From: an uncultured bacterium
Lineage (GTDB): Bacteria; Macinerneyibacteriota; Macinerneyibacteria; Macinerneyibacteriales; DSCS01
NCBI GenBank assembly: GCA_964548195.1
Contig: CAZJQC010000033.1
Location: forward strand, 1-13,541
Length of the DNA stretch: 13,541 nt
Direction: 5' to 3'
Made by a program: the position numbers and the translations under genes. The notes under the pieces are model-generated. The model worked only from the letters and a program-made list of their open reading frames with translations. It was not told where the DNA came from and made no database searches. Shown piece after piece: positions 1 through 6,201 of the stretch. Position 1 is the first letter of the stretch. Each line of letters opens with the position of its first letter.

Positions 1-26
1 AAAGCATATAGAGGGAGCGTTTCTGG

Positions 27-1595
27 ATGAATGATGATAATCACAGACAAATAAATATCTACATGATGATCCGTATATTGATACTGAATTTTATCATAGG
101 GTTTCTGTATTTTTTCACTTCATCGGACGGGATCTCCCGCGTGGTCTTTCTTTCGGTGCTTGCCGGGATGGACGGACTGTTCATATTGGCGATGTTTGCC
201 GGAAAAGAGATAAAATCGGCCTCCCGCTTCCTGTATTTCCATTTTTTATTTGATGTGATGCTGATAACATTTTTGACCTATTTCGATAGCGGAATGATCA
301 AAAGCGACCTGGGACTGTTGTATTATCTTGTCATTATCACCGCCGGATTGTTTTTTTACGACCGGGGCAGCGTCGTTATGGCGACCGTCATCAGTGTGCT
401 TTACATCACGTCCTATATACTGATCATGAACGGCGCAATACCGGTTTATGATGTCTTTGGCTCAAGGGCCTCGATGTCTGGCGACCCGGAGATGGCATAT
501 TTAAGGCTGTTTATCAACCTTGTCATGTTTTACATAACAAGTTTTGTGATCTCAAACCTGGGTATGGCATATCAGAAAAAAGGCGAGGAGTTCGATGTAC
601 AGAAAATACTGCTGGACGACATCTTTGAGAACATGAGCGATCAGATCTTTGTCTTTGACAAAAACGGACTTCTTTCAAACTGGAATCAGAAGGAGGAGAC
701 AGTTTCCCGTGTGACGCCAAAAAACGGCATGCATTATGAAAAGATCCTGCCGGATGAAGTCGTGATCTGTCTTCGAAACGTGTTGCAGCATAAGATCGCC
801 TCATATTCCGACGAACTGAGGACGGGGGCGAAGACTTATACCTACGAGATAAACAAGATGAAAAAAGAGGATACCGAGCTGGGGTACATGGTGACGTTCA
901 GCGACATCACAAAGAAGAAGGAACTTGAGGTGCGGCTGAACGAGCTCGACAGGCTCGCGTATCTCGGCACTCTCGGCGCGGGCATGGCCCATGAACTTCG
1001 CAATCCGCTCGCTTCGTTGTACGGCAGCATAGAACTGCTGAATGAAAAAAGCTTTAACAAGAGCGACAAAAAACTTTACGGGCTCATATTAAAGGAATCG
1101 GAGCGTCTGAACAAGATCGTCACGGATTTTCTTGATTATGTGAAGGGCGGCAATGTTGACTTTGAGAAACTGGACATAAGCCAGTTAATACTTGAGACTG
1201 TGACCATGATCAGTGTGTTGTCTGAAAAAAGGATCGTGGTAAGGGGAAAAAGCCGTCCGGTAAACGGGGATCCCAATCTTCTTGTGCAGACGTTCAACAA
1301 CCTGATATGGAATGCGTTGGAAGCCATAGAAGACGACGGGACCGTGGCCATAGATATCAGGGAGGATGAGAATTACTGCATAGTGGAAGTCTCGGACAAC
1401 GGTACCGGTATCGGCAAGGAGGCACTCTCAATGATATTTACCCCGTTTTATTCGGATAAGCGCAGCGGTGCCGGCCTTGGGCTTGCGATCGTCAAAAAAA
1501 ATGTCATAAATATGGGAGGCAAAATAGAGGTTGAATCCGAACTGAAAAAGGGTACTGTTTTCAGGGTGTTTCTGCCCGCATATGCTGAAAAATAG
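27..1595 (+). CDS. Membrane-bound sensor histidine kinase, PilS-like (multi-TM N-terminus, probable PAS-like region, HisKA, HATPase_c)
   Basis: About 6 hydrophobic segments in the first ~180 aa, including PilS-like 'LFDVMLITFLTYFDSG..SDLGLLYYLVIITAG'. H-box AHELRNPL, N-box QTFNNLIWNALEA, G1 VSDNGTGI, F-box IFTPFYS, G2 GAGLGLAIV. RBS GAGGGAG at 11-17. Confidence 0.92.
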   Translation: MNDDNHRQINIYMMIRILILNFIIGFLYFFTSSDGISRVVFLSVLAGMDGLFILAMFAGKEIKSASRFLYFHFLFDVMLITFLTYFDSGMIKSDLGLLYYLVIITAGLFFYDRGSVVMATVISVLYITSYILIMNGAIPVYDVFGSRASMSGDPEMAYLRLFINLVMFYITSFVISNLGMAYQKKGEEFDVQKILLDDIFENMSDQIFVFDKNGLLSNWNQKEETVSRVTPKNGMHYEKILPDEVVICLRNVLQHKIASYSDELRTGAKTYTYEINKMKKEDTELGYMVTFSDITKKKELEVRLNELDRLAYLGTLGAGMAHELRNPLASLYGSIELLNEKSFNKSDKKLYGLILKESERLNKIVTDFLDYVKGGNVDFEKLDISQLILETVTMISVLSEKRIVVRGKSRPVNGDPNLLVQTFNNLIWNALEAIEDDGTVAIDIREDENYCIVEVSDNGTGIGKEALSMIFTPFYSDKRSGAGLGLAIVKKNVINMGGKIEVESELKKGTVFRVFLPAYAEK

Positions 1596-1734
1596 GGGTT
1601 TACCCGTGATCAGACGGGAATCTTATGCCCGCCAGGCGGCGCTGATGCCGCTGCGAAAAACTTCTCTTCTCTCAGAAGCGGGTCTCATGAATATCAGTAA
1701 AAAATCTCCGGGATGGTTTAAGGAAAAAAAGAAA

Positions 1735-1806
1735 CTCCCCCGGCCGGATTCGAACCAGCAACAAACCGGTTAACAGCCGGTTGCTCTACCGTTGAGCTAC
1801 GGAGGA
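1735..1806 (-). tRNA. tRNA-Asn (GTT), CCA not encoded
   Basis: Minus strand reads TCCTCCG TA GCTC AACGGTA GAGC A ACCGG CTGTTAA CCGGT TTGTT GCTGG TTCGAAT CCGGC CGGGGGA G: a complete cloverleaf. Anticodon GTT at 1774-1772, discriminator G, followed by TTTCTTTTTTT. Confidence 0.97.
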
Positions 1807-1827
1807 GTATCGCATTTGCGTGTGTCT

Positions 1828-1855
1828 ATATTATTCATAAAGGAGATTTTGTCAA
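1828..1855 (-). promoter_or_regulatory. Putative sigma70 promoter for tRNA-Asn
   Basis: Minus strand TTGACA (1855-1850), 16 bp spacer, TAATAT (1833-1828), ending about 20 nt upstream of the mature tRNA 5' end. Confidence 0.7.
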
Positions 1856-1877
1856 GGGAAAAGTAAAGTATAAAATG

Positions 1878-1906
1878 TTTGAGTCTGTGCCATTATATGA
1901 TATAAT
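1878..1906 (+). promoter_or_regulatory. Putative sigma70 promoter (extended -10) for the acyP-sigma-SDR cluster
   Basis: TGaTATAAT at 1898-1906 with a TTGAGT-like -35 at 1879-1884. It lies downstream of the ORF-track ATG at 1875, which favours the later start at 1941. Confidence 0.65.
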
Positions 1907-1940
1907 TTCAGATGAGCGTCTGTTTTCGGGGAGGAAGTAT

Positions 1941-2234
1941 TTGGAGCACATTGGCCGTTCCATAAGATTGTCCGGACGCGTACAGGGCGTCGGATACAGA
2001 TATTTTGCAAAGAAGAACGCGGACCTGAGCGGCGTGCGCGGCTTTGTCGTCAACAGGGCCGACGGGACCCTTTACGTCGAGGCGCACGGTGAGGCGGAGG
2101 ATGTGATGAGCTTTATCGAGCTGCTCATCTCGGGGCCGTCATTTGCGTATGTGACGGAACATGAAATATTGCGGATCCCTTATGACGGGTCCGTACGGAC
2201 ATTTAAGATCGGGGACAGGCGTGATGGATTGTAA
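1941..2234 (+). CDS. acyP: Acylphosphatase
   Basis: Signature SGRVQGVGYR, plus GFVVNRADGTLYVEAHG and GPSFAYV. Start moved from 1875 to the in-frame TTG at 1941, preceded by RBS GGGGAGG (1928-1934), giving ~97 aa, a typical size for the family. Confidence 0.92.
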   Translation: MEHIGRSIRLSGRVQGVGYRYFAKKNADLSGVRGFVVNRADGTLYVEAHGEAEDVMSFIELLISGPSFAYVTEHEILRIPYDGSVRTFKIGDRRDGL

Positions 2235-3189
2235 AAGGTATATCAATAAAATACCCGATGATCTCACAGCCTATAAGGTTGAGGACATACCGGCAATAAT
2301 AGGGCAGATTGATGTGCCGCCTCAATGTTATCACGCAGTATTCAATTTTTTGTACCAGAATATAAAGATAGATGCAGAGGTATACTCACTGGATGCGCTT
2401 GACCATTATATGGCGGATGTGAACAGTTATCCGCTTTTGAGCGAGGCCGATGAAAAAAAGGTCTTCGAGCTGTATCAGCGAAAAAAAAGCAGGGAGACGA
2501 AAAATCTGATAGTCAAGACCAATCTGCGGCTGGTGATAAATATCGCAAAGAAATACATAAACAAAAGTAACCGTTCGATGCTTCAGGACCTGATAGAAGA
2601 AGGGAACATAGGTTTGCTTGTCGCGGTGGAAAAATATGATCTTTCCAGAAATACAAGGTTTGCCACGTATGCGGCTTATTGGATAAAGCATTATATTCAG
2701 GAATACCTTTACAAGAACACAACAATGCTGAAATTTTCAGACAGGGTCTTTCATAAATACCTGAAATACAAAAAGATTGTCGGACAGTACAATAACACCA
2801 ATACTCCGGTTGATGAAGAAGCCCTCAAAAGAGATCTGAACGTCGATGATTATACCCTTATGATACTTTCCTCTCTCTTTTACAAACCGGTTGAACTCGA
2901 GGACGAGTACAATCACAACAGCGTGTATGATAAAAACATGTACTCTGTCGATAATACCTCCGATGATATAGCACGCGACATGATCAATGAGACAATAAAA
3001 AAAACGGTTGACGAGTTGTCCGCGCGGGAGAGGATAGTGCTGGGTTACAGATACGGTATCTCAGGCAAGGAGACTATGCCTCTGAGCAAGATCGGTGAGA
3101 TGATGGGTGTTTCAAAACAAAGAATATCCCAGATCGAGAAAAGCGCCTTGAACAAACTTAAAAAAAAGCTCAAAAAGGAGAACCTATGA
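2224..3189 (+). CDS. RNA polymerase sigma-70 family factor, RpoD/RpoS-like but divergent (probable alternative sigma)
   Basis: Region 1.2 DALDHYMADVNSYPLLSEADE; region 2 NLRLVINIAKKY...DLIEEGNIGLLVAVEKYD..RNTRFATYAAYWI; region 4 LSARERIVLGYRYG...LSKIGEMMGVSKQRISQIEKSALNKL. Start is probably ATG 2224 or GTG 2221, overlapping the acyP end, rather than 2161. Confidence 0.9.
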   Translation: MDCKRYINKIPDDLTAYKVEDIPAIIGQIDVPPQCYHAVFNFLYQNIKIDAEVYSLDALDHYMADVNSYPLLSEADEKKVFELYQRKKSRETKNLIVKTNLRLVINIAKKYINKSNRSMLQDLIEEGNIGLLVAVEKYDLSRNTRFATYAAYWIKHYIQEYLYKNTTMLKFSDRVFHKYLKYKKIVGQYNNTNTPVDEEALKRDLNVDDYTLMILSSLFYKPVELEDEYNHNSVYDKNMYSVDNTSDDIARDMINETIKKTVDELSARERIVLGYRYGISGKETMPLSKIGEMMGVSKQRISQIEKSALNKLKKKLKKENL

Positions 3190-3938
3190 AACATGTCATT
3201 ATTACCGGTGCCTCGAGAGGACTGGGCAGGGCGATCGCAGAAAGCCTTGCCTTTGGGAACTTTGTGCTTCATCTTGTCTCAAGATCAGATATGGACGAAC
3301 TGCAGGATGCACTTTCGGCCGACACCGGCGGCGTTTTTACATACAATGCCGATCTCTCTCTGATAGACGATATAGAGACTCTCATGGATGATATCTTTGA
3401 GAATGTCGTTGAGCCGGAGTTTCTTTCGCTTATCAACAATGCGTCGACCATAGCTCCGGTAGGCCCTCTGGGACGCATAGACTCCAACCGCATCGACGAG
3501 CTGATACGCCTTGACCTTACCGCGCCGCTGGTTATGATGAACGAGTTCATATCCAGGTGTTCGGAGTTTGACGCGGAAAAAAGGATAATCAACATCTCAT
3601 CCGGCGCGGGGCAGAAGCCCTATTACGGATGGAGCGGTTATTGCGCTGCCAAGGCGGGACTGGACATCGCATCCAGGACCGTCTCTCTTGAGCAAAACGA
3701 GATCAGAGGCGAAGACGGAGTCAAGGTGCTCAGTATCGCGCCGGGTATTATTGACACGGCCATGCAGGAGTCGATAAGAAAACAGCCTAAGGACAATTTT
3801 ATATATGTCGGCAAGTTCATTGAGTTTTACAAATCAGGGGCGTTAAAATCACCGGAGGAAGTTGCTGAAAAGATCCGGGAGATACTGTTCCTTGATTTTT
3901 TTCCGGATGGAGAGGTGCTGGACATAAGGGAATTTTGA
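3186..3938 (+). CDS. Short-chain dehydrogenase/reductase, benzil reductase (YueD)/sepiapterin reductase-like
   Basis: TGASRGLG nucleotide-binding motif, LINNAS, NISSGAGQKPYYGWSGYCAAK (catalytic S and YxxxK), APGIIDTAMQ. ATGA overlap with the sigma gene stop. Confidence 0.9.
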   Translation: MKHVIITGASRGLGRAIAESLAFGNFVLHLVSRSDMDELQDALSADTGGVFTYNADLSLIDDIETLMDDIFENVVEPEFLSLINNASTIAPVGPLGRIDSNRIDELIRLDLTAPLVMMNEFISRCSEFDAEKRIINISSGAGQKPYYGWSGYCAAKAGLDIASRTVSLEQNEIRGEDGVKVLSIAPGIIDTAMQESIRKQPKDNFIYVGKFIEFYKSGALKSPEEVAEKIREILFLDFFPDGEVLDIREF

Positions 3939-3968
3939 TTGACACAGCGAGCCGTGCGGAACTATAAT
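3939..3968 (+). promoter_or_regulatory. Consensus sigma70 promoter for gpmI
   Basis: Perfect TTGACA (3939-3944), 18 bp spacer, perfect TATAAT (3963-3968); RBS AAAGGAG at 3978-3984. Confidence 0.8.
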
Positions 3969-3990
3969 CATCTGAACAAAGGAGACTTAG

Positions 3991-5580
3991 ATGCACAGAC
4001 CTTATGCCCTGATCATTCGGGACGGGTGGGGCTATTCCCCATCGGAAGATATGAATGCCGTGGAATCTTCAAAACCTCTCAACCACTTGCGTTATATACG
4101 TGAGTATCCCACCACTTTAATAGCCGCATCAGGCGAGGACGTCGGACTTCCCGCCGGTTATCAGGGGTCTTCCGAAGTGGGGCATCTGAACATGGGCGCT
4201 GGAAGGGTGGTCTATCAGAACCTTGTCCGGATCACAAAAGCCGTCTCTGACGGCTCTCTTGAAGCCTTTCCGCAGCTCAGGGAAGCCGCGGAAAAAGCCG
4301 TGCGCTCCGGAGCCAATATACATGTTTTCGGCCTTGTCCAGGACCAGGGTGTCCATGCTCATACCGCTCATATGGCGGCAGTGCTGAGAAGTCTCGACGG
4401 GTCGTCGGTGCCCCCGGAACAGGTCTTTATACACGCGATCACAGACGGACGGGACACATTGCCCAGCTCCGCAAGGGAACATATTGGCAACGCCATCGAC
4501 CTTATGCCGCTTCAGTACCGCGGCCGCATAGTCTCGGTAACGGGCAGGTTTTATGCGATGGACCGTGACAACAGATGGGACCGGGTAAACAGGTTCTATG
4601 ACCTTCTCGTCTCGGGCGAAAGCGGCCGTGAGCCATTCGCAGACGTACAGGATGCGATAGACGATGCTTACGTGGCGGGCGAGTCGGATGAGTTTATCAA
4701 ACCCAGGAAGACCGCCGCTTTTGCACCGGTTGGGGACGGTGACGTGATGATATTCTTTAATTACAGGTTTGACAGGGCAAGAGAGATAACCAGGGCGTTT
4801 TTGGAAGACGGTTTCAGCGGTTTTAAGACCAGAGACCTCACGGACATCACGTTTATCGCGTTTACAGAATATTATGAGACCATAAGCTCCTCGACCCGCG
4901 CCCGTGTCCATGTCTTATTTCCATTATTGAGACTCAACGACCTCATGGGGGAGGTCGTCTCCAGAGAGGGCATGAGACAGCTCAGAATAGCGGAGACAGA
5001 AAAATTTGCCCATGTGACCTTTTTCTTTAACGGCCAGGAAGACACCGTTTTTCCGGGCGAAGACCATATAATGATACCTTCGCCAAAAGTCGAGACCTAT
5101 GACAAAAAGCCCGAGATGTCTGCATATGAGGTGACAGACAAGGCATTGGAAGCGCTGGACAGCGGGAAATATGATTTTATAGTCCTGAATTTTGCCAATC
5201 CCGACATGGTCGGCCATACCGGCGTGTTTGAGGCGGCAGTCAAGGCATGCGCTGTCGTGGATGAGTGTGTGGGGAGAGTAGTGGACAAAATATTGGAAAA
5301 GGACGGTGTGGTTTTCCTTACCTCCGACCATGGTAATGCCGAACAGATGGCGGATCCCGTCACGGGGGGTGTTCTCACCGCTCATACCACCAACCCGGTG
5401 TGGTTCAGTGTGATCTCCCGCCGGGAAACGCTGCAGAAGGACAGCATGACTCTGTCCGGCAACGGCCGGCTTGCGGACATATCTCCCACAATATTAAAAG
5501 TAATGGGCGTTGAGATCCCGCAGGCCATGACCGGTAATGTGCTTGTCAGAGAAAAAAAAAGAGGGACTACGTCCCTCTAG
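3991..5580 (+). CDS. gpmI: 2,3-bisphosphoglycerate-independent phosphoglycerate mutase
   Basis: DGWG, GSSEVGHLNMGAGR (catalytic Ser), TDGRDT, GRFYAMDRDNRW, RIAETEKFAHVTFFFNG, NFANPDMVGHTG, TSDHGNAE, TAHT. Confidence 0.97.
   Translation: MHRPYALIIRDGWGYSPSEDMNAVESSKPLNHLRYIREYPTTLIAASGEDVGLPAGYQGSSEVGHLNMGAGRVVYQNLVRITKAVSDGSLEAFPQLREAAEKAVRSGANIHVFGLVQDQGVHAHTAHMAAVLRSLDGSSVPPEQVFIHAITDGRDTLPSSAREHIGNAIDLMPLQYRGRIVSVTGRFYAMDRDNRWDRVNRFYDLLVSGESGREPFADVQDAIDDAYVAGESDEFIKPRKTAAFAPVGDGDVMIFFNYRFDRAREITRAFLEDGFSGFKTRDLTDITFIAFTEYYETISSSTRARVHVLFPLLRLNDLMGEVVSREGMRQLRIAETEKFAHVTFFFNGQEDTVFPGEDHIMIPSPKVETYDKKPEMSAYEVTDKALEALDSGKYDFIVLNFANPDMVGHTGVFEAAVKACAVVDECVGRVVDKILEKDGVVFLTSDHGNAEQMADPVTGGVLTAHTTNPVWFSVISRRETLQKDSMTLSGNGRLADISPTILKVMGVEIPQAMTGNVLVREKKRGTTSL
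5552..5578 (-). terminator. Intrinsic terminator for the minus-strand outer-membrane protein gene, embedded in the last codons of gpmI
   Basis: Stem AGAGGGAC (5560-5567) / loop TAC / GTCCCTCT (5571-5578), with a 9-A run at 5552-5560 that reads as a U-tract on the minus strand; starts 7 nt after that gene's stop. Confidence 0.8.
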
Positions 5581-5585
5581 CGTGT

Positions 5586-6074
5586 TTAAAGCGCGAATGA
5601 AGCGCCGAACCAGAGTCCCATGTCAGAACCCCAGCCCATGAAGCGGATCTTCAGGTCTGAGAACAGATGCATCCTCGGATTGCCTATGTCGAAATCTGCG
5701 CCGCCCAGGACGCAGAGAACAAAATCGGTGTCCGAGCCGTCGATGCCTGCGACATCCCAGCTCACTGTGCGAAAGCCCGCTCCGCCCCCAAAATAGGGCT
5801 TTATAGAGCCTGACGAGGGGATGTAGTACTGAACAGTGCCGTCAATGGAAAAGACGTTGTATGTGGATCCTATTGACAATTCGACCTGAGGGACAAGGTA
5901 AAGATTATCGCTGAGAGTCCCCATATTCAGGTCTCCGCCGATAACAAGCTGCTCAAAGTCAAAATTGTAACCCGCCTTGGCGGAGATCCGCGACAAGGCG
6001 ATGTTTGAAGATGCGGCCGAAGCGGATGATATCAATACCGCGGACAGCAACATGATAAAGAAAAAACGTTTCAT
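5586..6074 (-). CDS. Small outer-membrane beta-barrel protein (8-stranded OmpA/OmpW-like fold predicted)
   Basis: Signal peptide MKRFFFIMLLSAVLISSASA; amphipathic strands with the typical IKPYFGGGAGF; final strand GLWFGASFAL; RBS AAGGAGG upstream on the minus strand. Confidence 0.8.
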   Translation of the reverse strand: MKRFFFIMLLSAVLISSASAASSNIALSRISAKAGYNFDFEQLVIGGDLNMGTLSDNLYLVPQVELSIGSTYNVFSIDGTVQYYIPSSGSIKPYFGGGAGFRTVSWDVAGIDGSDTDFVLCVLGGADFDIGNPRMHLFSDLKIRFMGWGSDMGLWFGASFAL

Positions 6075-6100
6075 ATGTCCTCCTTTTTTAGATTCAAGTA

Positions 6101-6180
6101 TTTAAATATATTTAAAACTGCGAACTAATCAAGTTAAAAAACGCTTTTACTTGATTCATGACGTTTTATATGTTAAAAAT
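6101..6180. promoter_or_regulatory. AT-rich divergent promoter region between the OMP gene and serS
   Basis: Minus strand: TTGATT (6132-6127), 16 bp, TATATT (6110-6105). Plus strand: TTTACT (6146-6151), 17 bp, TATGTT (6169-6174), or TTGATT (6151-6156), 17 bp, TAAAAA. Contains two inverted repeats (see findings). Confidence 0.5.
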
Positions 6181-6201
6181 CTATTTATCAAGGAGGGTGC
6201 T

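Noticed and set aside
1642..1658. CTGATG...CGAAA resembling a hammerhead ribozyme core
   Set aside because: The core reads CUGAUGC rather than CUGANGA, there is no room for stem II, and I found no compatible stems I and III.
1596..1734. 6S RNA, SRP RNA or a known riboswitch
   Set aside because: Short for 6S, lacks the SRP GGAA-loop/AGCAG motif, and lies between convergent genes, so it is not in a riboswitch position.
1582..1773. 63-aa plus-strand ORF
   Set aside because: Overlaps the kinase stop and runs antisense into the tRNA; no RBS or recognisable motif.
1735..1806. tRNA-Asn as an integration site for an island or prophage
   Set aside because: No integrase and no duplicated tRNA 3' end seen in the window; flanking genes look chromosomal.
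1875..2223. ORF-track starts at 1875 (acyP) and 2161 (sigma); likewise 6151 (serS) and 9290
   Set aside because: Downstream starts at 1941, 2221/2224, 6202 and 9296 fit RBS position, promoter position or family length better.
4015..4190. GpmI motif variants IRDGWG and YQGSSEVGH suggesting inactivation
   Set aside because: The metal-binding Asp, catalytic Ser and the C-terminal metal ligands are all retained; this looks like lineage variation.
4129..4911. 260-aa minus-strand ORF (and other antisense ORFs within gpmI, serS and the peptidases)
   Set aside because: Entirely antisense to well-conserved genes, with no protein motifs; typical shadow ORFs.
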